Of a stretch of DNA of 64,000 nt, positions 23,197 through 37,024 are shown one piece after another (the stretch's first letter is position 1; every line of letters starts with the position of its first letter). The position numbers and the translations under genes are program-made. The stretch is from Eledone cirrhosa (lineage: Eukaryota), in contig OZ024743.1 of assembly GCA_964016885.1 (NCBI GenBank), forward strand, positions 158,472,001 to 158,536,000. The letters are read 5' to 3'. The notes under the pieces were generated by a model. That model was given only the letters and a program-made list of their open reading frames with translations. It was not told the origin of the DNA and did not search any database.

Positions 23197-26046
23197 GTGA
23201 AAAATGGAACGGGAACAAAACAGAGAGGCAGTACGAACAAAGGTTTATTAGTTTCACGCTCTTGAGAGTGGGGTGGTGGTGGGGAACGACGTTTCGGACA
23301 TAAGCTCTTCTTCAGGCGAAAAGTGGGTGGGAAGAGAGTTCCAAGGGTGTATGGGGAATGGGGGGGGGAGACATTTAAAAAAGGGGGGAGAGGAAACGGA
23401 GGAAAAACGGTGGGAGGGGTACAAATAAAAATAAAAATAAACATGAAGATAAACAAGTGGTGGACGGGTGTGGGGCGTGTAGGGGTGGTGGCGGGTGGAG
23501 TGGGGAGAGGGAGGCGGGGTGTCCGAGCGGGGAGGGCTGAAGATGGTGTATGTGTGTAGGTGTATGTGTGTGTGTGTGTGTAGGTGTATGTGTGTGTGTG
23601 TGTGTGTATGTGAATGTGAGAGTTGGGGGAAGAACGAGGTTCCATGTTCAGGAAAAGGTGTGTGTGGGGTGGGGTGTAGGTCGGTGTGTGCGTGCGCGTG
23701 TGGATGGGGAGGGGTCAGCGGGGTGGGGGAGGGGAGAGAGGATTCCGGAGGCTGAGTGTGTAAATATGTGGGGGTACGCACGTGTGTGTGGTGTTTATAC
23801 GTATTGTGGATGTAGGTGGCGTGTGGGAAAAACATTTTTTGTGAGTGTATGTCCGTGGGTAAGTTCCTAAGGTAGTGTGAAGAGTGGCCGGATATGGAGT
23901 GGATAGTGGGAACGATGGCCAATGGTGTGTAATCCGTGGTTGGGTTGGTCGGAAGAGGGGAGATGTGGGGTGCGCGCGCAACAAGAAGTCGTCAGAGGGT
24001 CAAGGCAAGAGGAGGGTAGAGGAGAAAGATAGGTTGAGAGGGCTGTGTGTCTGTGTGTGCGGAGAAGTGGTCAGAGGGTCAAGGCATAGCAGCAGTAGGA
24101 GATGGCAGGTGGAGAAAGTCGGTGTGTCAGTGTGTGCGGAGGTGCGGTGGACAGGGGAGTGGATGGGTAGGTGTGAAAGGTGGAGAGGGGTGGGGGTCAT
24201 GCGGGGGATGGGGTGTGTATTAGTAGAGGTGTTAGTGGGATGTGTGTGTGTGTGTGAAGGGGTGTGGGTGGAGCGGCGAGAGGGAGAGAAAAGGTGTGGG
24301 GGAGGTGGAGGGAGTGTAGTGTACTGGTGTGTGTGTGCGTGTTTGGATGAGTGTGTGTGTGTGGTGAAAGGGGGTGTTAGTGGGTGTTAGTATACTGGTG
24401 GTGGGGAAAGGGTTGAATGCAGGTGTGTTAGTGGGGGTCAGTGGTGGTAGGGTGTGTAGAGTGGGTGGTGTAAGTGGGTGTGGGTGTGTGTGTTCGTGTG
24501 CATGTAGTCGGGGGGATGTTAGTGGCATTAGTTGTGGGGTGGTGGGAGTGGATGTGTGGCTGAGGGTTAGTGGTGTTAGTAGGGTGTGTGGATAGTGTGA
24601 GTGCGTGTATATATGTACCGGTGGGTGTGTGCGTGATAGGGGAGGGGGGAAGGGGGAAAAAGAATGTTAGTATTGTTACTTGGGGGAGGGTGGTCGGGGG
24701 TAGGGTGGGGGTGTTAGTATTGTTAGTTGTGGGGTAAGCGCTGAAAAGAAGGAGTGTGTTAGTGGTGTTAGTGGGGGATATGTGTGAGGGGGGGGCAGGG
24801 CGGTCGAATGCTAAAGGGGTAGGGGTGGGGAGTTCAGGCCGGGGGGAGTGTGGGTCTGTAGGGTGAAGATGGTGCGTTGTTCGACCCTGAGGAGGGTGGC
24901 GGTGTTCCGTGGCATTGGAGTAGGCCACAGATTGTGAGGTGGTGCGCGGAATGTCCAGGGGAGCCAAAGTGGCAGGCGATGGGGGAACTCCCGCCGAGAC
25001 GAATATGCGGTGGCGTGGGGGTGAGGGTGGTGGAGCGGTGGACAGCACGGGCGCGAGTGAGGGCGGTGTGGACGAGGGAGGGGGGTAACCTCTGCGGATG
25101 AAATGGCTGACTAAGGAAAGGGCCTGGGACTCAAAGTCAGCATCTCGGCTGCAGAGGCGGCGGATCCTGAGGAGTTGGGAGTAGGGAATAGAGTGTTTAG
25201 TGTGTATAGGGTGGGAGGAGGGGAAGTTGAGGTAGGAGTGGGAGTCGGTGGGTTTGAAGAAGGCGGATGGGACGAGGAAGCGGTGGGAGGGGTCGAAGAC
25301 GACGGAGATGTCTAAGAAGTGGACGTGGGTGGTGGAGATAGAGGTGGTGAAGTGGAGGGAGGGGTGGAAGGAGCAGAAGAAGGAGAGAAAGGAGTCGAGC
25401 CGTTCTCGAGTGAGGGTCGTGGCTCCGATACAGTCGTCAATGTAACGACCGTACAGTTCGGGTGTGGGACCGGTGTATTGGGCAAAGATTTGGTCCTCAA
25501 CATGGCCAACGAAAAGGTTGGCATAGTTTGGGCCCATTATTGTGCCCATGGCTACCCCCGTGACCTGTTGGTAAAACTCACCCGAGAAGGAGAAACAGTT
25601 GAGGGTGAGGACCAGCTCGGCGAGGCGAAGGAGGGTGGGGGTGGAGGGGATGGCGGAGGGGCGAAGGTCGAGGTAGTGCTTGAGGGCACGTAGGCCGTCG
25701 GCGTGGGAGATGACAGTATAGAGGGACTTGATATCTAGGGTGTGGGCCGGCTGGGAAGGTGAAGGACGTGGTTGGTGTCGGAGATGTGGGAGGGGAGGGG
25801 GTGGCGAGGAGGCGAGGATGGAGTCAAGAAAGGCGGTGATGAGTTCGGTGGGGCAGTTGCAAGCGGAGACGATGGGGCGGCCGGGGTTGTCGGGTTTGTG
25901 GGAGGAAGTAGATAGTGGGGGTGCGGGGGGTGCGGACGATGAGGTGGGAAGCGGTGGGGAGGAGGAGGGAGGAGGAGACAAGGTGTTGGATGGTGGAGGA
26001 AACTTGTTGTTGGTAGAGGGGTGTGGGATCGGAGGGTAGAGGGCGG

Positions 26047-26048
<2 letters not shown>
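23197..26048 (-). mobile_element. Second Penelope-like element (Neptune-type), 5'-truncated; RT at about 25090-25900, C/A-rich low-complexity 3' region, hammerhead-like motif at 23284-23321
   Basis: HKPDNPGRPIVSACNCPTE, LDIKSLYTVI.H, GVAMGT.MGPNYANLF, YGRYIDD, FLDI, KPTDSHSYL..SSHP, SIPYSQLLRIRRLCS. Motif CTGAAGAAGAGC(ttat)GTCCGAAACGTC. Flanked by (TA)n. Confidence 0.88.
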
Positions 26049-26097
<49 letters not shown>

Positions 26098-26934
26098 ATA
26101 TATTTAATACAATAACAGAGAAAGTTTTAAGCTAAACTCTGAATGGTAACCATCTCACACAACAAACATTAGGATATACGTTAGTATAATCCCAATTTTG
26201 TGTTTGGGGTGCTAACTATATGTATTTTGTGGAAAGCCAGTTGTATTATTTTATATGAGATATAATTAAAATTAAAATATATCTCTCTTTCCAAACAATT
26301 GTTTCATTATAAGTTTTCTACAAGTTGGGAGAATGTTTCTAGTTTATGTAGAAGCCTAACATATTTTTCTGTAAGAATATATGTAGGTGGGCACTTATAA
26401 ATCATCAGTGGATGCCCATTAAACTTTGATATAAGAAAAAATATCTTACCGCAGTTATTTTCCGTGTCCGCTAAGTCGTCCCTTCACTCATCAAATGACC
26501 GCCAAATTTGAAATTCCAGCAGTCTTTAGACTGAGGAAATATCATAGCGTCACGAAGCGGAAAAGGGAGGCAATCGCGAGTCACAAGAAAAGTAAAATAA
26601 TATACACGTGGGTTAATTAGTTTTTTCAAAAACATTATCAATCCTGCGTGTTAAGAACTCAATTAATTTTAAAAAAATAAATGTATGCATGTATTAATTA
26701 CACACGCATATAGATATTTTCTTAGGCTAAAAACAGAGAAGTGATACCTAAATAACAAACAATATATATATAGTATTAAGGATACTATTTATGGTTATGC
26801 ATATACAAAAACCTTTTGTAGTTATATATATTTTTTCAAACCCTAAATAGTGATAGGCAGTAATATATTACTACCTTATTACCAGTAAGATAAATAGCTC
26901 AATGTAATAACATCAGTTGTTTTACAGAGCAGTT

Positions 26935-27065
26935 ATATATAAGTTATATGAATCAAAGTTCTGTTCAAATCATTTATATGCTTACAATTGTTTCCTCCAA
27001 ACCGAGGTTTGGAGGAAACAATTGTAAGCATATACATGATTTGAACAGAACTTTGATTCATATAA

Positions 27066-27074
<9 letters not shown>
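26935..27074. repeat. Near-perfect palindrome centred at about 27004 containing half a hammerhead (GAAAC-AATT-GTA) in each arm
   Basis: Centre reads ...TACAATTGTTTCCTCCAAACC-GA-GGTTTGGAGGAAACAATTGTA...; it ends in (TA)n. Confidence 0.9.
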
Positions 27075-27103
<29 letters not shown>

Positions 27104-27106
<3 letters not shown>

Positions 27107-29280
27107 TTGCGTAGCTAAGGTGTGGAAAGCAGGGCACATGCGACGGGCGCCATATTTAGGGGGGCGCAATTTCGACCTAGATCGATTTACATCCATGTCG
27201 TTTTTAACATTTTTAAAAATATAACCCAAAAATGAAGCATGTGATTTCTTGATAGCCGACTTCCACGCCATGTCTAGTGCACAAGACAGAGCAGATGTCT
27301 GATTTGACTTAACAAAAACGCGCCCCACACCGACAGCAGAGTGGGTTGCAATTATGCGGGCGCTATCTTTAGCTATACATTGCAAAACAGCGGATACCTC
27401 ACTTGACCTTACACCCCCCCCCCAGACACACACTGACTGAAGGGACGTAGTTTTGGACGTGCAACTGGTGGACACGCAGGCGCTATTTTTAGCAATGCAT
27501 TGCAATGACCAATACAAGACAATTATAATTATGAAGCTGGTTTACAAAACAGAGTAGTTTGTCTTTTACAACTGGTACATAAGACGTATAGAAAAGGTAT
27601 CATAATCCAAATGGCCAGATAAGATCGGTAGCTTCTATTAGGAATTCAATTTGACTCCAGTTTAGATGGTTCAATGTTTTCTTCTATAATACAGTTCGTC
27701 AAAATTTACTAAATCGTATCCAAAAAGCAAGATACTATGGTCTGCTTATTTATTCGACCCCTGACCAGGCGCACCGAGAACAACTGTCAAAAGTTGTGCG
27801 ATATGTCGATGTTGATTTCAATATGAAGATGGTCGTTGTGAAGGAATCTTTTCCTGGATTCATTCAAGTAATCAAAAAAGATGCCGCAAGCCTTGTTGAA
27901 ACAACCGTGAAACAGCTAGAAAAAGATGACCTACCACTGCAGAACTGTCGATCGCAGTGCTACGACAATGCTGCCATAATGGCTGGGCACCGCAGTGGGG
28001 TTCAGCAGAGAATGAGAGAGAATAATAATTTGATTCACTTCGTTAATTGCGATAACCATTCACTTAATCTGGCTGGTCTTCATGCTACCAAAAACGATTC
28101 TGCTATGATGAACTTTTTCAGTTGCATTGACTCGTTATACAACTTTTTTTCTCGTTCAACACGACGATGGGAAGCCCTTAAAGAAGTTGTTCCAGTGGTT
28201 GTTAAATATCCTTCCGACACGCGGTGGAGTGCTAGATGTACCGCAATCAGACCGGTGGTGAATTATTTGACGCTGATTGTTCAAGTTCTCGGAAAAAATT
28301 AGTGATGATGAAACAGAGACATGCGAGATTAGAAGTGATGCCAGTAACCTCCATAATCGGATACTGAGTTATGAATTCCTGAACTTGATTGGATTCTGGA
28401 ACACGATTCTCTCACGAATTGACCGAGTTCAAAAGAGACTTCAAGATCCAAGAATGAATTTTTACGATGCTGCAGCTGATATAGGAGCTTTATTTTAAAG
28501 AAGAAGGAACATCCTTAATCCACGAGTCTCTTGAAATGGGCTTCGACCTCTGCCAGAAATGGAATCTCGATTTTCCGAGGAGGCGAGGAAGACGACAAAC
28601 CAATACCGAAATTACCGAGGACGTCGAGGTGGCTGCTAGAAAAGAGATAGAGAGAGCAATGCAAAGTTCACTCAATCGTCTTCAAACAGAAATGGAAGAA
28701 CGGTTTATTCGACTTAAGGAAACCGACTCAAGTTTTGGCTTTCTTCTTGATGTCAACTATCTGTTTTATTTGGCTGCTCCTGATAACCTTGTCCTTAAAC
28801 AAAGGTGCAACAGTCTTGCGGAACTATACAACTCCGACATCGACGGAGAGCAATTGTATGAGGAAATCTTGGACTGCCGATCTTTGCTGGCTACTAGAAC
28901 AGCTGACCCAATTTTAAAGCCGGAGGCACTTCTCCAATTCATCATACAATACGGCGATGAATGTGTTTTTCCCAATTTGCGAATCAGCATTCAAATAATG
29001 TTGACGATTTCTATTTCAATTGCCAGTTACGAGAGGTCGTTCAGCAAGCTGAAGCTAATACATTCGTATTTGCGAACCTCAATGGGCCAACAAGGGCTGA
29101 CTGACCTCGCCCTTTTGAGTGTAGAAATCGAAGAGTTTGAACGAACTGATTTCGAGGAAATTAGCAACCAGTTTGCCTCATTAAAAGCCCGAAAAATGAA
29201 GTTGTAACCGTTTTCTGTTTTTTTTTAATTATAAATTCTACCGCAATTTCGTCTTTGTGGATCTTGACTTTTTGAGAGGA

Positions 29281-29315
<35 letters not shown>

Positions 29316-29358
29316 ATTTTGATGCTTGCCTTGGGCGCCGTTTACCCTAGCTACGCCA

Positions 29359-29361
<3 letters not shown>
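27104..29361 (+). mobile_element. hAT DNA transposon (Tip100/ZMYM1-like group) inserted in (TA)n
   Basis: TIRs CAGTTGCGTAGCTA / TAGCTACGCCACTG. The TA tract on both sides is compatible with an 8-bp TSD. Confidence 0.88.
27750..29207 (+). pseudogene. Frameshifted hAT transposase
   Basis: QCYDNAAIMAG, FVNCDNHSLNL, SDTRWSAR, FPNLRISIQIMLTISISIASYERSFSKLKLI..YLRTSMGQ (hATC dimerisation domain). Split over three ORFs. Confidence 0.9.
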
Positions 29362-29405
<44 letters not shown>

Positions 29406-29802
29406 CATAGGTTAAGTTTAACGTCCTCGAAAATGAAACTAGGTTTTCTGACAAGTGAATGTGTTTTTTTTTTTTTTTACAATGAAATTTACGATACACT
29501 CTTTGTTTATTTACAACAGGTCTCTATAGTGATATGGTGTTAATTAGTATTGCGTGTGTGATTATTTTCTCATATATATATGTGTGGGTGTGTATATGTG
29601 TGTATATATATGTGTGTCTGTATGTATATATATGTGTGTTTGTATATATATATGTGTTTGTGTCATCATCATCGTTTACATGTTTTTACCCAAATCCCTT
29701 ATCATTCTCTGTCCTTCTTATGACCCGGCCTTAATTTGTTTATAGTTGGTGCCAACTTTGGCAAGATATTACAAAAACATCTAAACGATGATGATGACAC
29801 AA

Positions 29803-29877
<75 letters not shown>

Positions 29878-30247
29878 ATACTACAATACTGGAATTGAAT
29901 AATCATAATCAAAACCGTAGCGGTATGTCACATATCAAATCATATATATTGTCTGATGAAAACGTAATTAAAAACACCATTGTACCTTTGAAATATGTAT
30001 AATAAAATATATATTTTCATTATGAGATATTTTTCCTTTATTAACATTTTGAATAATATTAAAAACTCCAGGAAAATCCTTTGTTGAGTGCTTCTAATCT
30101 ATTGTAATATTGTATTCGTTGAGTAATCAACGAACCATATTAATCTTTGGTTATATATATATATATATATATATCAGAATGGAAGCGGTAACAACCAGTT
30201 AGACCATTACTCACCAGAGTACTCGATACTTGGGGTAGTAGTGGGTA

Positions 30248-30357
30248 ATATGAAAAATTCGGGATCCCGACAGCTGAGCTCCTGCCGTTTTAACAGCTAG
30301 ATCAGTCTGGATGTAGCTGTTGAAACGGCAGGAGCTCAGCTGCCTGAGTCCCGAATT

Positions 30358-30365
<8 letters not shown>
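30248..30365. repeat. GC-rich fold-back hairpin adjoining (TA)n; similar small fold-backs at 19270-19408 and 29654-29810
   Basis: Arms ATATGAAAAATTCGGG..CAGCTGAGCTCCTGCCGTTT.AACAGCTA / TAGCTGTTGAAACGGCAGGAGCTCAGCTG..CCCGAATTTTTCATAT. Confidence 0.85.
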
Positions 30366-30406
<41 letters not shown>

Positions 30407-30573
30407 GAGAGAGAGAGAGAGAATCTGCGGTAGTGTGACCGAGGAGACCACTAATCATGTGAGTACTCAATACATGGGGAAATGTAGCGTGGGTATAGAG
30501 ACGTATAAATCCAGACCGCGGCGCCAAGCGGTTTCGGCTCCGCTTGTATATGCCTCGAGATTTTACACATCTT

Positions 30574-30605
<32 letters not shown>

Positions 30606-30789
30606 CATATATATATGCTTACATAAACGTATATATTCATTTATATATATATATATACAAACATGACCCTAATATAACAGTGTATTTATGCACACCTGTG
30701 TTTGTTTTGTTTCCGTTATTAACTATATACATATATATATATTCACACAAACATGCAATCATGTTTACAAACAAACTGTTTTTAAAAAT

Positions 30790-31285
30790 GTCACTTAATT
30801 ACTGTGACTACACACTCACACTAAAACACTAGTTGGTTACTTTATCCCTCCTCTCTTTTTCTCGCTTCCCCTCCACTCTGGTCATTTGCATTTGTTTCTT
30901 TCACTCTGTCTCTCTCTTCCCTCCCTCCGTCTTTTTCTTTCGTTTTTCTTTCATTCCCTGACTCTTGTTCTGTTTCTCTATTGAATTCTCTCACTTCCCC
31001 TCTTGCTGCTACTACCGTTCCCCCTCTCTGCTTGCTTCATGTCACAAAACCCTTCTCACACAACTCGCTGTCGATCTAGTAAACTAAGCCACTTAAAAAA
31101 ACGAAAACCAAACCCTTCTACTGCCATTCGTTGTGTAGTGAGTCGACTGACTGTAGCCTCTTCTTTATAGTTTTTTTTTACCCTTTCGATTTTTGTAGAT
31201 CTTACAGTTAAAATTGGAAATACACTCATACAAGGACCAAATTTCCACGCTCCGCTCTCAGCAGCAGTTATTCCACAGGTAAGAT
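30790..31285 (+). other. Apparently unique CT-rich region ending in a strong splice donor (CAG|GTAAGA, 31278/31279); possible promoter or non-coding exon of a host gene
   Basis: Not repeated within the window, retains CpG, and has a consensus donor. No coding evidence. Confidence 0.3.
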
Positions 31286-33514
31286 CAGATTGTTTTAGTT
31301 TGGTATCGTATGTTTGTTTCTTTTTCTTTCTGTCTATCATTCAATAAGTCAACTCCTGAAACTATTCTCCCTTTCTCATCTCACCAATTCTCTCTACGCA
31401 CATTTACTTATCTAAATCTCTCAATTTATCTATCTATCCAAAAATTTGTCTACACACACATTTTTATATAGACACGTGCTTATTTAGTTCATTGTGTATA
31501 CATATGTATGTGTACACAATGCATCTATCTATATGTATCTGCCTATCTATACACACATGCGTGACTCATATATCCTATATACTTACATATATTCGCGCCA
31601 CCGAAAATGCCTTGTATTCTGGCATTCATATATACACGCGCATATACACATTTATTACTCACACACTAGAAACGGATGATACATATCACATATAATGAAC
31701 TTATTCATGTTTCTATATATTTTTGGAATTTTAGTTTCTGTTCGTATTCATTTATTTCTCTTTTTCTTAAACATCTTATAAATACATTCCGCATTGACAC
31801 ATAAACATACGCACACGCGCGCCATTCATTCATCTTCCATGTCCACATACACATTTATTTACGTCTCTACTTCAGGAGTAACTCACTTGTTAAAGCTATA
31901 CACTTTACTCCATTCCATAGTATCTCTCACCAAAACAATAACACCCTCCAACTACAGTTAGTCGTACCAGTGTTCCTTTTTATCTAAAATCACACAAACC
32001 CTTTTGCAGGATAGCTCTAACTAATCATCCCATGTTTGTGTTCCCAGAATCCTTTAAAAAAAACTCTTCCCTGACAGATAATGAGATTGTACCGAGACAC
32101 TATTAAGCCCCTCCCCATTTTCTATTATTATAAACCATTTCTCTCTGTGTGTGTTTTATAGTTCTCTAACACATATCTTTAGCCATTTTATGTTTATTTT
32201 GGTATACTCTTCTGGGAGAGAATTAGATGAACGAACTAATATTTCATGTTGATTCTTCATTAAATTCCTTGCTTTCGGATTATTTATTCTTTTCTTTCCT
32301 TTCATTCTGTTCTCTTTCCACTCATCACCAGGGATATAACTTTCTAATCTACCATTTCTCAACGAATTTATTCTTTAACTCTAAAAGAGAATTTACAAGG
32401 AACAAAAACGGTGATACTTTGATACGTTCTATAACACTGCAGTTACAAAATGTAAACATGTTATTGCTTACATGTATAATATTTTCTCGTGCAAACATTA
32501 CACGTACGGTAGTTTGATTTGGTTAATATAAACAACTCCAGTGTTGTTTTGGCCAGATTTAACCAAAACTGAATTCTGTTCAAACATACCAGCAGAAGAT
32601 ATAACGGGCGTGGGTGGGTGTGCATTCAATGTTTTTGTGTTAGTGTATCAACCTGTTATTGTGTACGAAGGTAATGCACTCTGCGTTGACACATAAACAT
32701 ACCTACATATTAAAATCTAGGTGCATACATGCGCCATTCATTCATCTCAGACTCATCATTTATGTCTACACACATTTATTTACGTCTCTACTTAAGGGCC
32801 CACCCACTTGCTAATGCTATACGAGAGTGTTTGGAAGAGACAGTGTGTGTGTGTTATTAGTTGTGTACGAAGTATTTGAGAGAGTGTGTTATTGTCCACG
32901 TGTACCAAACTGATTTTGTGAGTCTCTGAGGGTGTGTGTAGTTTCAAAACATAATATTATGTTCCAACTAGCGGTTAAGAGTGGGAGAAGGGCAAATGTT
33001 AAATTGGGTCTATTTATTTTCCCTCATTCCCTGCCTTTGAGCATATCACCCGTCAACGCTTCGTTGGACGTGTTGGCTTTGTAGCCAAATTTTATGGCTG
33101 AACACACATCAACACATTCAAGCTACCATGTATGTTGTTATTTTGCCCCAGGTTGACCCTGATCGAATAAACCATTCTTGACCATTATGGTTTTTTTTCA
33201 GACTCTGTATCAAGGAATATATCAAATAAGTCATTTTTTTAAAGAAGGTATGGTGTGACATGGATATTTAGCTACTATTTCTAATAGTTCGAGTGATCAC
33301 GTAGAGGCTCTTTTGTTGGCTCGCAATGTACAAAGTAGTTATGTTATCTATTTATCTAGTCTATTTCTCTTTGTCTAACCAGTCTGTTAATAATGTTTAT
33401 TTTTCTGATAATTAAGTCATTGTTTCGGTCTTCATCATCTGAATTGGATTTCTTAATCTTCATTAATATTGTTAATGTCGGACCTCCGTCGTTTCCAATG
33501 ACGAATGTTCTAGT

Positions 33515-33805
33515 TGGTTTAAACAACGGAACAGCCTGCTCCTTAAATTAATGTGCAAGTTGCTGAACATTCCACAGACACTTACACCCTTAACGTATTT
33601 TTAATGGAAATTCAGCGTGGTACAATGTAGTATAAGCCTGGTTCCTGGACTGCAGTTTCAACTCATTTCTTTCCAGCTGAATGGATTGAAACAACATAAA
33701 ATAAAGTATCTTGCACAACGACACAATATCGTCCGGTCCGAGAATCGAACTCACGACACTAAGATCATGAGCCCAACACCTTAACCACTAAGCCACGCAC
33801 CTCTA
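33515..33805 (-). mobile_element. tRNA-derived SINE (second family)
   Basis: Minus strand has A box TGGCTTAGTGG and B box GAGTTCGATTC; the head resembles 39262-39390. Confidence 0.7.
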
Positions 33806-34379
33806 CACTACTGCTAATATACCCTTATATATATGTAGGGTATACACGTGTGCACATACACACTTCATTCCATTCTCTTTGTCTATCTTTTGACCTATGG
33901 GACAAAGGCGTTGCAATCAAGCGACTACAGAGATCTTTCATGGGTATATTTAGGAAGTATCGAGTAATACACACTTCACATAAGAGAATTGTCAAGCATG
34001 ATATTTATCATGCGGCCTCGAATTGTCAAACACACATTCAATGAAAATAGACTTCCGTATACAGTGGGTTTTGTGATACTCATATTACTGTAATATTTTA
34101 CATATTTTATCAAGGTCCCCGACTTGGCTATCCACTCCTGTGTGTGTATGTGTATCCATGTGAATGCAATATTTGTGAATCACATGTTATAACATGGGTA
34201 ATACAAACATTGTTCTGTATATCATATTTCAGTGTCGCATTTTTATTACAACACGTGTCCTTGTTGTGTAACAGAAGATTAGCATTCATCAGACTGACCT
34301 ATAATCGAAGCCATTCCACCCGTGACCATCTCGTTTTTTCTTTCTTTCTGACTGTATCGAGAACTTAGGATCTATGAGA

Positions 34380-34597
34380 GGGGCGTGCTTGAAAGGCACA
34401 ACTAGTTTAGTCCCCCCCCCCCCCCCCCGAAAGTAAAAGTTTTTTACGATTATTTGGTAATGCAGAGGAATATGAAACTTTCGTAATTGTATGGTTAATT
34501 TTTTTATTTTTTTACTAAATATTTTTTTATCTTTGTCAAACTCTCGAAGACGACTTTTTTAGAGGTGGCATTTACTCGCCTCGTAGCTACGCCACTG
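34380..34597. mobile_element. hAT-derived MITE remnant
   Basis: Ends TAGCTACGCCACTG, identical to the right TIR at 29348-29361. The left end is degenerate. Confidence 0.45.
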
Positions 34598-34789
34598 GGT
34601 TGTGAGAGGTTTCTTGGGAACTACAGGTGTCACCCATTGCTCCATCTCCCCTAGTAGTTTACCGCTGTTGGTCCGGAGTTACTTATTCGTCCGCCAGTTG
34701 CCCATTTGTATCGCAACTAGCCATCATATCTGGTGGCTGTATCCATCACCTGCGACCCGTTCTCTAGCAGAACAGCTCCCTCGAGAACG

Positions 34790-35005
34790 ATGGGCATGTG
34801 GTTAGAATGTCTCAGGAATGAATTTGTGGACTGATTTTACGGGCAAAACCAACCGGCAGGAGACTCAAAGATAGACCCCGAGCAAGATGGTTGGATAACA
34901 TCCATGAGCTTAGTTGGTCTCGCTTGGGGATCCTGCGGGACCAGTTGGAGACGGTTGCTCCTGAGAGGACCCGCTGCAAGGAATGTCTGAGGATTCTTCC
35001 CCCAC
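34790..35005 (+). mobile_element. RTE LINE 3' fragment
   Basis: Translates to ILRAKPTGRRLKDRPRARWLDNIHELSWSRLGI...LRILPP. Confidence 0.6.
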
Positions 35006-37024
35006 AAAATATTTTCGACATCTTCCAATTTCATTAATATAATGACAATCAGGATAATGTCAGATATTTTCTACATGAAAGTAGTCATTTCTACAATTAT
35101 GAATTGTGAAATAATATAATAGTCGTGATATACACATTTGAAAACATATCTATTTAACATTTCATTTAAAATATGCATTAAGAAAGTAAGTGAGGATGGG
35201 GTGGGAGCACTATGCTGGAGTTATGCCGTAGAGGGTACGTCGTATCCGGGCACAGGAATTTCCGAGTATCTCGGAAAATGTTTTCATATATTGAAGGCTA
35301 GCATTCACAGAAGGGAAGCAGGTCCCCGAAAGAAACTTTGTGCACCCTAATTAAATTCCCCTGTGATGCTCCATCTGGGAGGGATTACATTGTCTTCTTG
35401 ATTTACTATCTTGGTTCACTGAGTTGTAATAGGTAAACAGGGATGTCTATTTTCATACATAGTGTACATAGGACTACATTAGGCAATATGTGTTCATTTT
35501 TTTCAAGACGCCAGTGTATAATATACGGGAGATTCGGTGGCGTTCGAGAACGTTTGGGAGAAGTGGGCTACCGACTGCGAGATTCCTATCTTCACTGGTG
35601 GCTTTCCTAACAGAGGTAACTGGGGAAGCTCGTGAGGGCGCTTGGTTGTTCCAGCGCATCAGCCTCGCCATCACCCGAGGTAACGCTGCGAGCGTGCTGG
35701 CTTGCCTCAAAAATCATTAGAGAGGTTTCCCAGTGCTCCTCGCGATACTGGTATCTTTTACTCTGGTAGCGGCTCGGTTGTCACCCCTTTCGCCTGCCCT
35801 TTGTTGTATGTCGTCCCAGATGTTTTTTTTCTGTTTTCCCTTGCCCTTTCCTTTATATTATATTTGTTTTAAACATTGTATTATTGTATCTCTTTATACA
35901 ACAGCGAATAAAATCCATTTAATTCATTTTTTCATCAAAAGCATTGCTAGTTCTAGCTTGTACAGGCTACATTGTTGACTTATATTCTGTATCACCCGTT
36001 ATACATGTGTATGTGTTATATCCAGACATCTAACGTGTGATACGTGTATGTATGCATGGATGTTAATGCATGTAATATATGGCCCAGACTGATCTGATTT
36101 GAAAGTAAACTGTTAAAACCGTTATTTCAGCAATTTCCTCTTCCCATTTCCTCTCTGTAACTCACCATAATAAATAGATGGGAAATATATATATACGGAG
36201 ATCTACTCTCTCCTTGTATGCGCTTTCCCCTTTCTCATTGTAACCACAACGAAGATAAGCTTTGAACTAACAAAGGGACCCTCTACGTGGTTGCTCGACC
36301 TGTTAGCTATAGCAGCCACATCTCCCCGAAATCGTTTTAAAAAGGTTACATCATTGAATGTTATCCCAGTTATCTTTTTTAAAAATTGCTATGGCTGGAA
36401 TGAATTTAATCAGAGATCTACATGATCATGCTAACTTATGATTAAACAACAACAGACAAACTCTGTCCTGCTAGAAGTAGTTGTCAAATCTCCACTAAAT
36501 CATACCATACCGTTCTAAAAACCGGACATGTTAGATTGTATACTCTTAAATACATTTCGATTATAGGTAAACTAAATCAGGGCTGATTTGGGGCTAAACA
36601 ACAATAACAAGACGAAATAGAATACATTGTGTCTGAAAAATAAATGAAATGGTCACGTAGATCGTCTTTGATTATAAGGCTGGTGGTGGATTATGGTTGA
36701 CCTGGGGTTAAATATCAACAACCTACTTTACTATGGAGGAGGCACTTTTAGGGATTTAGTTAACTTATTGTTAAATGAGCCATTGTGGGAACGTCTACAT
36801 GGTTGTTTGATTTGCTAAAAATAGCTGAATGTACCTTAACACACAACACTGCTTTAAGATTGGATGGTCACATTGATAGGTAAACTGCCTGGAAAGCCTA
36901 TGAACCCTAGGTTTGCTTTATAATATTTTAAAAATTCTCATCATTACAGTACAAACAAATCAGAAAAAGACAACTTATCAGAAAACATCCAGTACTTTAT
37001 CATATTGCAATCTTCATCCTGTTA

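Noticed and set aside
29950-30000. CTGATGA cores here and at 17702 and 41043
   Set aside because: No convincing stem II/III pairing with a downstream GAAA.
31790-32820. About 110-bp diverged direct repeat (31790-31900 / 32684-32820) considered as an LTR pair
   Set aside because: No TG..CA ends, PBS, PPT or coding remnant.
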